64,000 nucleotides of DNA from a virus (taxonomy: Duplodnaviria; Caudoviricetes): positions 1 through 64,000 of IMG/VR virus record IMGVR_UViG_3300001528_000425. The stretch is one strand, 5' to 3'. The notes below the pieces were generated by a model. That model was not told the DNA's origin and did no database searches. It saw only the letters and a program-made list of their open reading frames with translations. Of this stretch, positions 1 to 9,056 are shown piece after piece (the stretch's first letter is position 1; each line of letters begins with the position of its first letter). The position numbers and the translations under genes are program-made.

Positions 1-336
1 TTCTTAACCTTCTCTATCTCTCTTCTTCTCCTTACTTTCTCTTCTCTTTATATATTACTATATTTAATATACTTTGAATAGGCCTAGCCCGGGGAAAAGG
101 CCGGGCAATCTCCCTTTCCGCATATGATGTAAATGACTCTGTAAAATTTTACAGGAAGAGGAAACACACAATTACACCATATATATTAAATATATTCAAA
201 CGTAAAGTAATCGTAAGGATAGAACACCAGACGGGGTCAGCATCCAGTGTTCTATAGCATAGTAGTTGATATGTAAAAGAATAAGACAGAGAGTAGGAGA
301 GGGAGTGATCCCTCTCCTACCTCTAATGATTAGTTG

Positions 337-1710
337 TTATTGTTCAAGACCTTCCAGGTTAGCACTGAGAGTGATATCAGCCTGACAGGTGAAGGTAGGT
401 ACTTGACGAGAGTCAGTCTGAGTGTAAGTGTAAACAACACGTTCACAAGAACACACGTCAGTCTCGAAGACTCCATTCTTCTCATAGTGAAAGTAGACAA
501 CTCGATTGGGTTTGAAGGTCCAAGGAACAGCCATATCCCATGAGAAGTTGATCTCAGTACCACGCATACGAACCAACTTGGAACAGATGGCAAATTCATT
601 TCCATGAGTAGGTTCATATTTCAAGTAGATGTTATCCTTACTCATACCATCCGGAGTAGGACCGTGGATAGTCTTGAAGTTGCTATCCAGTACATTGATT
701 TCATGATTGTCGTTAGCCATGTTGTGAGTGTTAAGCCATAGCTTATCGGCTATCTGCATCATGATGCCAGTGCAGTCATTCTCAGCCCCGATATCGTTAT
801 AATCAGTACTGGTGACTTCCGTATTGATCATGATACTGATACTCCCATCATCGCTCTTAATGTGGTTGGAAAGTTTCCCGGTAAGGAGGTTGTTGCCAAC
901 GGAGTAACAGTGGATCACAGCCCTCTTTTGAGGTTGAGCAAACCTGGGGTACACGTATAGCACTTCTTGGGTGTAATAATAACAAAATCCAAGGTTATAG
1001 ACGCCATTTCCAGGGCCTTTTTGAAGAAAGGTAAAAACGTCATCGATTCCCATGAAGGGAGGTAAGATGAAATTCTCATAGACTTTCTGGTTATCAGGTT
1101 GGATGATGGAGAGGTTGTTGATACCGAGCTGATAAGCAACGTATTTCAGCAACTTATCCATAGTGACATCACGTGCAATGAAATGCGTACTCTTCTTCCT
1201 GAGAGCATAGAGATCATCCGGTACCAACTCCATGACACAAGTGATTCGTTGAGCCTCCAGATCAGGTTGCTGTGTAGGCATGTTATTGGTGGCAGGAATC
1301 CTGCCACCAAGCAGAGTAGTGGATGAAGCCTGACGGAAGGGATCGATCTGTGTGAGGAACATCACACGATAGACTTTCTTGTGCAAGACATTCTTAAGGT
1401 CTAGTGTATTCTGCAACTGGATCTTGTAGATCGTGAGATCGCACAATAGATCCTTCCTCCATTGGCGGAGAGATTCGTATTCCGGAACTGTGAAGGCACA
1501 GGTGATACGAATCTTGTCAGAATAGAACTGAACATAGTCTTGAACGATCCTGAGTTCTTTGATGAACTTCGACACTACAACGGAGAAGTCGTTGTTGTTG
1601 GCGTTCTTGAATACAGCCTGGATGTTAGCCAACTGACTATCATTACTCGAAATGATAGGATCGATTTCTTTCTTGATCAGTGGATGTATGTTAAGACCGG
1701 TGATAGCCAT
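337..1710 (-). CDS. Putative virion structural protein (jumbo phage)
   Basis: 457-aa ORF with GGAG RBS; operon with 1713-2159 downstream of a late-type promoter motif; function inferred from context only. Confidence 0.5.
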   Translation of the reverse strand: MAITGLNIHPLIKKEIDPIISSNDSQLANIQAVFKNANNNDFSVVVSKFIKELRIVQDYVQFYSDKIRITCAFTVPEYESLRQWRKDLLCDLTIYKIQLQNTLDLKNVLHKKVYRVMFLTQIDPFRQASSTTLLGGRIPATNNMPTQQPDLEAQRITCVMELVPDDLYALRKKSTHFIARDVTMDKLLKYVAYQLGINNLSIIQPDNQKVYENFILPPFMGIDDVFTFLQKGPGNGVYNLGFCYYYTQEVLYVYPRFAQPQKRAVIHCYSVGNNLLTGKLSNHIKSDDGSISIMINTEVTSTDYNDIGAENDCTGIMMQIADKLWLNTHNMANDNHEINVLDSNFKTIHGPTPDGMSKDNIYLKYEPTHGNEFAICSKLVRMRGTEINFSWDMAVPWTFKPNRVVYFHYEKNGVFETDVCSCERVVYTYTQTDSRQVPTFTCQADITLSANLEGLEQ

Positions 1711-1712
1711 GA

Positions 1713-2159
1713 TTATCTCCTCCCAGCCAACGAAGCCAGTGCCTCAGCCATGGACATCGGTTCTTGTACTTCCTTAGCACGTTTTCGAACACTCACGCGA
1801 CGATGGAATGCATGATAGGTATTTCTTGCTCTATCGATGAAGAGTTTCGTGGCAGGATCGTTTAACGCTGCCTGATTCCCTGCGAACTCCATCAAGTACA
1901 TCTCCAGAAGTCGGTGTACTTCATACACGTCGTTCGAGTTGACGAACTGGAAATCGACTTTACTGTCGTACATGTCCACGATATAAGTGATCGGGTAATT
2001 CACCTGGACACGATCGTATTCATTCGGTACGTGGATCATCTCTGGTGCATCAGGCAACAGATAGATGGCTGGTAGATGAGGAACGTATCCTTCCGGTACG
2101 ATCAAGGGGAATAGTGCCTGCTTGATCGCAGATGTTATATCTTTGAAATATCTTGCCAT
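1713..2159 (-). CDS. Hypothetical phage protein (late operon)
   Basis: 148-aa ORF, AAGGAG RBS, preceded by CCATCGTATA motif. Confidence 0.6.
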   Translation of the reverse strand: MARYFKDITSAIKQALFPLIVPEGYVPHLPAIYLLPDAPEMIHVPNEYDRVQVNYPITYIVDMYDSKVDFQFVNSNDVYEVHRLLEMYLMEFAGNQAALNDPATKLFIDRARNTYHAFHRRVSVRKRAKEVQEPMSMAEALASLAGRR

Positions 2160-2233
2160 ATGGCTGCTCTCCTTATAGATAATAAGCTATACGATGGATG
2201 TAGGGCATAAAACCCTACATCCATCTGTACAGA

Positions 2234-3685
2234 TTAGATACGTATGCTTGGAGCACCCACGATACCGTGGATATTTTCGATACATTTCTTCGCTAAGAAG
2301 ATCAGTACCGGGAACTGATAGAACTGAGCTCCATCACTCATGGAGTACACCTGATCGAAAGCTGCGATCAACTTATCCGGAATGATCACTTGCCGTTCCA
2401 GATAGGTGTTGACTACAACAGCGAAAGGATCATCTTCCCCAGTACCTGACAAGATGAAGTCGGAAAGATATCCCTGAGGGGTATTTGGTGCAACCACACC
2501 GCCACCTTCTTCATCCAGATCCGTATCACCAGGTTCATTCAGATAGTAATCATTCGGAGGCCACCTATCCGGATACATGCACTTATGCTTGTGTTTGGAA
2601 GAGGTTCCGTAACCATCTTCCACCGAACCCCATGCCGAATCATCACCGGATACGATCAGCATCAGGTACGGTTGATTCAACAGAGCGTTGACACGAGTAC
2701 ACTTCGACCCGACTCGATAGTACTTGATCCTCCACCCTTTTGGTACCACCTGTTTCGGTACTACCGCAGGGTTGAGCAACCATCTCCACCAACTGATATC
2801 CATGCCAGGAGCATCGGATACGAACTGTTCCGGTAGTCCGTGCATCTCTTCATACGAACAGATCCTCCGCATGAAATCGATCACATAAGGATCAAACAGT
2901 TTGTCGGGACGCATGTAGGTGTTGTAGATCAGACGTTCGAAGAACTTGGAAGTGTAATAATTGATCATCTGTGTAGCAGCCGTTTTGGCTTTCTGCATGA
3001 GGATCACTTCTTCCTTGACCAAGAGAGCTCCTGGTTCGGTCAAGAACCGGAGTTTATCGAACCAACCTTCTTTCCTAACAGCCGCTTCGATCGGAGCCAT
3101 AAACTCGTCATCGATCCAGTCGGTCAAGATGAACGAGATGCGCCAGTAGGATTGAGCGCGGATGCTCATACGAACTGGTTGTTCGTTGAGTTCCAACATA
3201 CCAAACTTACCGGTGTCCAGTTCCATGATGAATCGGTCACCGATCTTGGGTTCAAACCCAGGATAGGTGAAGGCTTCACCGGATTGCTTAACTAACGCAC
3301 TGTCAGTCTGGTGTTCAAATTGGAAACTGGAACTTACCTTGATTTCAAAATTATGGATCTTAAGGTAAGCCGCATGAACACGGTGAAGATCGTCGTCGAT
3401 CGAGGTATTCGTTCCACGGATATTTCCGTCTTGATCGATCCTGTGATAGTAAGTAACTTTCGTTGGGGTACCATCACCGAACGCTCTCAGCATGTCTGCA
3501 ACATCGGTAAATCGACCTGTATTGATCGCGTTCTCGTTGTTGTACGTGTTGAGAACATATTCCCGTTTGGAGATCACTCCATCGGGACTCGGTATTTCGG
3601 CACCCTCAGTGATCGTTACGTCACTGTTCGTCCCTGTCGGTCCTAATGGTGACGCATGCGACCCAGAATACTCTGCGAGGCCCAT
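2234..3685 (-). CDS. Putative virion structural protein, phiKZ-like
   Basis: 483-aa ORF, AAGGAG RBS; motifs VTYYH and GEAFTYPGFEPKIGDRFI recall phiKZ-type virion proteins (recollection, not searched). Confidence 0.55.
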   Translation of the reverse strand: MGLAEYSGSHASPLGPTGTNSDVTITEGAEIPSPDGVISKREYVLNTYNNENAINTGRFTDVADMLRAFGDGTPTKVTYYHRIDQDGNIRGTNTSIDDDLHRVHAAYLKIHNFEIKVSSSFQFEHQTDSALVKQSGEAFTYPGFEPKIGDRFIMELDTGKFGMLELNEQPVRMSIRAQSYWRISFILTDWIDDEFMAPIEAAVRKEGWFDKLRFLTEPGALLVKEEVILMQKAKTAATQMINYYTSKFFERLIYNTYMRPDKLFDPYVIDFMRRICSYEEMHGLPEQFVSDAPGMDISWWRWLLNPAVVPKQVVPKGWRIKYYRVGSKCTRVNALLNQPYLMLIVSGDDSAWGSVEDGYGTSSKHKHKCMYPDRWPPNDYYLNEPGDTDLDEEGGGVVAPNTPQGYLSDFILSGTGEDDPFAVVVNTYLERQVIIPDKLIAAFDQVYSMSDGAQFYQFPVLIFLAKKCIENIHGIVGAPSIRI

Positions 3686-5033
3686 TGATTATCTCCTTAC
3701 GTTTAGACAGCACCAGTCGGTAGGTGCGGTCGATCCTTCTGTTCTTGATCGTGATCGTACTTCCGTCGAACTCCAGCATGCTGATATCAACTTGTAGATC
3801 ATCTGCGAATACTCCAATCGCATATTCGTCTTCATACTGAAGTGCTTTCTCCCCGAGTGCCCGGTACTTCTCCAGTACTTCAGGATTGATCTTACAGGAT
3901 GCTATCCCATCCGCGATGTTGATCTTGGTAACACCTTTGGGGTTGGTGATGTCATCCAGTGTAACCAAAGCACTGCAGAACATCGTGTATCCGCTTTTGT
4001 AAGCTTTGGATATCTGCGGTAAAGTGAAATCATCCCACCACGGATACTGATACGGAACAAATCCTTTGTTATCGGGATAGAGGTGATGCCAATACGCATC
4101 GGTTGCTTTATCTTTCCACTGAGAGGGAAGACTAGCTTTGAACCGATTCTCTTCGTGAAGTGGAACCAGACTGCGTGGTACAGGCCGATTCATGATACTG
4201 AGTGGATAGGAGAGGATCGTCTGGTTTGCCCTGGCGAATGCAACTGTGATGGTCATATTGACATCGTCGTACTCACCGGCATTGGTAGGACCTTCCTGAC
4301 CCATTTCGATCTGAAAGATCGTTCGACAGTGATTGCGATTCACCACCAACTCCTTCTCGCCTGTCATTTCACGATAAGAGTTCAAAGAGATCAGTCGATT
4401 GGATTTTTCCATCAGATAAGCAACGAACTGCCTGTCAGGCACGCCTCTCATGCGAGCCAACCCGAGCATCGTCTGCAGAGTGGCTTGACTGAGTGGATAA
4501 TCGTAGACCAGCTCAAGGTCAGCGATCATCTCTCCATTAGTGTATACGGATAAGATGCGAGACATCAACTCCGTCGCATTTACCATTTCAGTGATACGCC
4601 AGGTACATTCCAAAGTGAAAGCACACGGTATGGTGTCTTCCACCAGAGACACACCAGAATCCGCATCCCAGAAGATCGGATATTTGGCTGTATTGGCATG
4701 GGGATTGAAAGGAAGTCGATCATAGGCTTTATCGCCTCGTTTACTCAGGATCAAGTTATCCATGAGAGTAACGGATTGACCGGCATCCCATTTGTTGTTC
4801 ACGGGATTGACGATAGGGATCAGTCTCGCTTCAAGTCGATCGTGCGGCAGCGCCGGATTGCGATTCTTGTCGGTCGGACTTCCTTGTACCATTGTCTCAG
4901 CCGTGATGAAGATATTGTCCTCGATTTTATCAGCGAATCCCGTTTCATTGACGATCCGCTGCAAGACTTGTCTTGCACACGGAAGGTAGATGTGGATGTT
5001 CGCCTCGGGAACAGTATTGATTAACGTTAGCAT
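3621..5033 (-). CDS. Putative virion structural protein, phiKZ-like
   Basis: 470-aa ORF in a late operon, overlapping the next gene by 65 bp. Confidence 0.5.
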   Translation of the reverse strand: MLTLINTVPEANIHIYLPCARQVLQRIVNETGFADKIEDNIFITAETMVQGSPTDKNRNPALPHDRLEARLIPIVNPVNNKWDAGQSVTLMDNLILSKRGDKAYDRLPFNPHANTAKYPIFWDADSGVSLVEDTIPCAFTLECTWRITEMVNATELMSRILSVYTNGEMIADLELVYDYPLSQATLQTMLGLARMRGVPDRQFVAYLMEKSNRLISLNSYREMTGEKELVVNRNHCRTIFQIEMGQEGPTNAGEYDDVNMTITVAFARANQTILSYPLSIMNRPVPRSLVPLHEENRFKASLPSQWKDKATDAYWHHLYPDNKGFVPYQYPWWDDFTLPQISKAYKSGYTMFCSALVTLDDITNPKGVTKINIADGIASCKINPEVLEKYRALGEKALQYEDEYAIGVFADDLQVDISMLEFDGSTITIKNRRIDRTYRLVLSKRKEIINGPRRVFWVACVTIRTDRDEQ

Positions 5034-5067
5034 AGCGTTAACTCCACCTGTGAGGTTATTTAAATTC

Positions 5068-5077
5068 TATACGATGG
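5068..5077 (-). promoter_or_regulatory. Putative late promoter CCATCnTAT(A/G) (representative)
   Basis: Recurs upstream of structural genes at 2188, 15752, 47910, 51544, 56853 (minus) and as variants at 5830 and 9000 (plus); contains the phiKZ late TATG-like core. Confidence 0.65.
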
Positions 5078-5152
5078 TTCCTGTCTGAAGACAAAAAATA
5101 AGAGATCAGCACGGGGTGGGAGGAGCAATTATGCTCCTCCCACCCCAGATGC

Positions 5153-5569
5153 CTACTCTGTCGGACCGTCGTATTTCGTGGTTGCGAACGCATCGGTCAA
5201 CGCGTGGATTAACACGTCACCGCCAACCTTTCGTCTCTTTACGTTATCCAAACGCTCGTACTCGCCGGTCTTGATAATGTCTATCATGACAGGAAGAGGG
5301 AGGTAGTATGCCGTGTAGACAATATCGCGAGTACGATTTAACACAGCAATAAACGAAAGGTACTTGTGGTTGTCATAGAATCCGCCAAGGGCTGCATAAG
5401 TATCCTGGAATTTTACATCCATGATCATCAGATGCATCCGCATGAGAGAGGTCGCGGATTGTTGCCACAGGTGCTTGTAGAAGTGATCGTTGCTAAGTTC
5501 GTATACGACCCGATCGGACAGGTCCATGCTGACGACATAGTCGTCGAATGATTTGAATTTACCAATCAT
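5153..5569 (-). CDS. Hypothetical early protein
   Basis: 138-aa ORF, GAGG RBS, downstream of TATATTAC promoter at 5779-5786. Confidence 0.6.
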   Translation of the reverse strand: MIGKFKSFDDYVVSMDLSDRVVYELSNDHFYKHLWQQSATSLMRMHLMIMDVKFQDTYAALGGFYDNHKYLSFIAVLNRTRDIVYTAYYLPLPVMIDIIKTGEYERLDNVKRRKVGGDVLIHALTDAFATTKYDGPTE

Positions 5570-5778
5570 GTTAATTCCTCGTTAATGAACGCTTGATTAT
5601 TGTTTTACGAAACTCATGGGGTGTACATTCCATGAGCGCGACTCCAATAACTACCGGTAGCCTTCATTTCAGAAGAATAGGAAAGTGTTATCCAGAAATA
5701 AAACTTAAGTGAATGTTATTGTGTTCCTTTCTTGGTTAAATAGATTAAAGGTTGAATACGACACACACATTCACTTAA

Positions 5779-5786
5779 GTAATATA
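5779..5786 (-). promoter_or_regulatory. Early promoter motif TATATTAC (representative)
   Basis: Same motif on minus strand upstream of gene arrays at 8954, 19429, 32994, 35206, 40449, 41945; TACATTAC variants at 48574, 49320, 52135; matches the established phiKZ early consensus. Confidence 0.85.
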
Positions 5787-5886
5787 TACATGAAATCAGG
5801 ATGAACGCCATTATTAAAATACGATCTAACCATATCGTATAAACTGAGAAATCATCATCTGATCTTAACACAGGAGAAGAAGTATC

Positions 5887-7305
5887 ATGGTAGATTTATT
5901 CGCAGACATGCCTGTCAAAGTGGCACCACCTTCTGTCTGTTTCAACACGGACAGTATGTTCGACTTGCAAGTTGGTAATGCCCTTCGTGGACACGATGGG
6001 ATGTGGTACATCAACGGCGGATGGGGACAGGCGATCGCTGGTGTACACAGCTTCGGTGGGATGTATAAAAGCACCTGGTCGGGAAGCCTCTTGCTGAGAA
6101 CAACTTCACTCTATCAAACCCAAGCTGTTATCGGTGACAGTGAGGATGCGATCAGCCGTGATCGTGAACGCCTGATCCGCATGTCTGGAGATCATCCGAT
6201 TGCACTGGAAGAAACCACTGGTAAGAATCAAGTGGTTTGTCTCGACTGTAAGGTTGAGTATGACATCGATGGGTTGTTTAAGTTCCTGAGAGAACTGGGA
6301 GAGAACAAACTCAAGCATCGGAAAGAGATGACAATCACCACACCTTTCCTTGATCCTGCAACTGGTAAGAGGATATCAGCGTGGCAACCAACCCCTATCT
6401 TCATCGACTCTCTGACAGAGATGCACAGCAACGATGAATTGACTCAAATCGAAGTGGGTATCGACGATAAGAAGACTAAGACCGTATACATGATCGATGC
6501 CAACAAGAAGACTCTTCTTCTTCGGTGGCTGAGTAAGATGTGTATGGAGTACGGATTCATCGCTTGCTGTACCGCACATTACGGAGCAGAACTCAATCTC
6601 GATTCCTACGGTCCGACACCGAAACAACTTCAATACATGAAGCAAGGCTACAAGACCAAGGGAGTGGGAAGTAAGTTCACTTTCCTCACCTCCCCACAGT
6701 GTCAGATCGTGTCAGCGAAAGTGTTGGACGATGACAAGCATGAAGCTTGGTACAAATACGGCAATACGTCGCCTACCGATATCAATGAAATCGGTGTGCA
6801 GATCCAACGTTGCAAGAATAACGTGTCCGGGAGTGTATTCACCTACATTGTATCCCAGTCCAATGGATTGCTTCCGGATATTTCGGATTATCATTACCTT
6901 CGTACCAACAAACTGTTCGGTATGAATGGCAATCCTCAGAATCATCAGCTTCAGTTGTATCCTGACAAGAACTTGTCCAGGAACACGGTCCGACAGGCTT
7001 CTGATGAAGATCCGAAGCTGAGACGTGCTCTGCAACTGACAGCGCAGTTGCTGTACGTTCAACAGCATTGGAACACCGATACCATTCCCTTCGAGGTAAG
7101 GGTGGAACCAGGCGCACTTCTGGATGCACTGAATTCCGATCATAACAAACTGTCTATGGATCGGATACTGAACAGTCGTGGGTACTGGCTTCCTGACGAA
7201 ATCAAGTGTGATCAAGAATACATGAGTGTTTTCGATATCCTCGAATTCGTCGATAAATGCAAGCTTATACCTAAGAAAAACACTGTCATCGTAGCCAAAA
7301 AATAA
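5887..7305 (+). CDS. uvsX: UvsX/RecA-like recombinase
   Basis: 472 aa; Walker A-like GGMYKST, DSE, Walker B IFIDSL, RCKNN segment; size typical of phiKZ-like RecA. Confidence 0.8.
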   Translation: MVDLFADMPVKVAPPSVCFNTDSMFDLQVGNALRGHDGMWYINGGWGQAIAGVHSFGGMYKSTWSGSLLLRTTSLYQTQAVIGDSEDAISRDRERLIRMSGDHPIALEETTGKNQVVCLDCKVEYDIDGLFKFLRELGENKLKHRKEMTITTPFLDPATGKRISAWQPTPIFIDSLTEMHSNDELTQIEVGIDDKKTKTVYMIDANKKTLLLRWLSKMCMEYGFIACCTAHYGAELNLDSYGPTPKQLQYMKQGYKTKGVGSKFTFLTSPQCQIVSAKVLDDDKHEAWYKYGNTSPTDINEIGVQIQRCKNNVSGSVFTYIVSQSNGLLPDISDYHYLRTNKLFGMNGNPQNHQLQLYPDKNLSRNTVRQASDEDPKLRRALQLTAQLLYVQQHWNTDTIPFEVRVEPGALLDALNSDHNKLSMDRILNSRGYWLPDEIKCDQEYMSVFDILEFVDKCKLIPKKNTVIVAKK

Positions 7306-7367
7306 GGATCAAGTACACTACCCAGAGGGAGCATTTAAGCTCCCTCTGGGTAGTGGTTTACCTTATT

Positions 7368-8126
7368 TTATTTGTCGGTTTCTTTGGAGACAAGCCGCAG
7401 AGTGTATTTGATGCACTTTCTATGGACGTTGTCGTCTTCATCGACATATGCCTGCTCCGTTTTATCGTATACCAACTCAAGGTTCTTGTTGATATAAGGC
7501 AGGTATTGAGCATTGATTTCAGCGATAGCCGCCTCCTCATCGATGACGTCACATTCCCTGACATCAAACTCCCATGACCAGCCTTCTTTGATCATGGAGA
7601 TGTACGCAGACTTTCATTTCAACTCGATGAATTGAATCACGTGAGGGAGCTGACGCAGGAGGAGATCGATCAGTTGATTCACGAGATGAACGGCGCTATC
7701 ATGAATTCATCTCCGAAAGATGCTAAGTTCGTGGTGCAGATCGGGTTCACGCCGATGTTGTCGTGCATACCCGCTCCCGGCAATATCTTCGGACCACTCC
7801 CTCCGTTCTATATCGAGCTCTTCCCAATCAACGAGGCGCGTATTCGGCAGCATATCCGTAAATCGAAACGCATCCGGACGAACACAATCTTCAATCAGAT
7901 CATGCACGGCTGCAACCAGTTCGATGGCACTGCAAAGTCTGCGTACATCAGGACGTTCCCGTATCGTATGAAGTAATCGTCCGGAATAGAAGTTGACGTA
8001 TTCCACCAGGCAAGTACCGAGGGCGAGGTAATGTTTACAATGCTTGGCATCAGCTGATTCGCTAGCGTTCATCCCAGCTTCATTGAGCAGGGCGTAGACT
8101 TCGACGTTGGGTTCGAAATGATTCAT
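7368..8126 (-). CDS. Hypothetical protein interrupted by an internal inversion (252 aa if 7599-7949 is flipped; 139-aa product 7707-8126 as assembled)
   Basis: ATG at 8126 with AAAGGAG RBS; ORF pieces 7707-8126(-), 7599-7949(+) and 7368-7598(-) join in frame on inversion. Confidence 0.75.
7599..7949. repeat. Perfect 16-bp inverted repeat bounding a 351-bp candidate invertible segment
   Basis: GATGTACGCAGACTTT at 7599-7614 and AAAGTCTGCGTACATC at 7934-7949. Confidence 0.9.
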
Positions 8127-8151
8127 GTTTTTACTCCTTTTAATTAGGTTG

Positions 8152-8517
8152 TTATAAGGACCACCGAATTGTGGTACCATAGGTTTCATTGAATTTGCAG
8201 TACATGGCGAATCCGATTCTCTTACTTACTCCATTTGGAGAAGTCTCGAAGAGATCGGTTACTGGGAGTACGACTGTCCCGACTGTCCCTAGTGTGTCGT
8301 GACAATGTTCAGAGAATAACTCTCTTCCCACTTCGACTGTGGTATCGGAAGATAGAAGAACCTTGAGAGAATCCTTCATCGTTCGATCGTTGAACGTAGC
8401 TTGAAGGCCTCTTGTAGCCAAGAAGAACTTCAGTCGTTTTGTTCCCATACATAGATGTATCGAGATGGTTGTTCCTAAGTCCTTCAGGAACTCTTTGATG
8501 TTTTGTAGTGGTGTCAT
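8152..8517 (-). CDS. Hypothetical early protein
   Basis: 121-aa ORF, GGAGGGAG RBS. Confidence 0.6.
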   Translation of the reverse strand: MTPLQNIKEFLKDLGTTISIHLCMGTKRLKFFLATRGLQATFNDRTMKDSLKVLLSSDTTVEVGRELFSEHCHDTLGTVGTVVLPVTDLFETSPNGVSKRIGFAMYCKFNETYGTTIRWSL

Positions 8518-8526
8518 TCTCCCTCC

Positions 8527-8913
8527 TTAGACGATGATAGTGAAACGAATCGGTTTCAGATAGGTGGATTCGATGGTGCACTTAAATCCACATACGATTC
8601 GAGCATTGGTCTGTGCCAATATCGTTCTGGACACCGTGACGAAAGACACACTATCCGACACACCAGCGAAGATCTGTCCGACGATAGATTTCGGTATCGA
8701 GATACACCAGATCTCTGCACTGGCGTAATATCGATCGTGGATATACTGCCGTATCGCCGTACGGATGATGAGCTCTTCGTCCTCCGATGGTGGAGTGGAA
8801 GGGAAATGTTTCACTCTCAATGCCAGTACATCTTTCACGGCACCTTGTTTCAGATACCGCTTAAGCTTGTGGACGAACCATCGAACTTTAAACCACGTAA
8901 TAATCGATTTCAT
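8527..8913 (-). CDS. Hypothetical early protein
   Basis: 128-aa ORF, AAGGAGG RBS, first gene after promoter at 8954-8961. Confidence 0.65.
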   Translation of the reverse strand: MKSIITWFKVRWFVHKLKRYLKQGAVKDVLALRVKHFPSTPPSEDEELIIRTAIRQYIHDRYYASAEIWCISIPKSIVGQIFAGVSDSVSFVTVSRTILAQTNARIVCGFKCTIESTYLKPIRFTIIV

Positions 8914-9056
8914 GATACTACCTCCTTGATTGGTTGACTGTTAGATCAATAAGGTAATATATGCCTGAAATCAATTGATAGTCTAGATGAGCTGTCCCGC
9001 CATATCTATGTAAATTTAGCATTGACAAACCCTATTTACTATTAAGGGAGTTCCTT

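Noticed and set aside
7707-7949. HD-domain-like AAVHDLIED motif in ORF 7707-8189
   Set aside because: It lies in the antisense reading of the inverted segment and is probably coincidental
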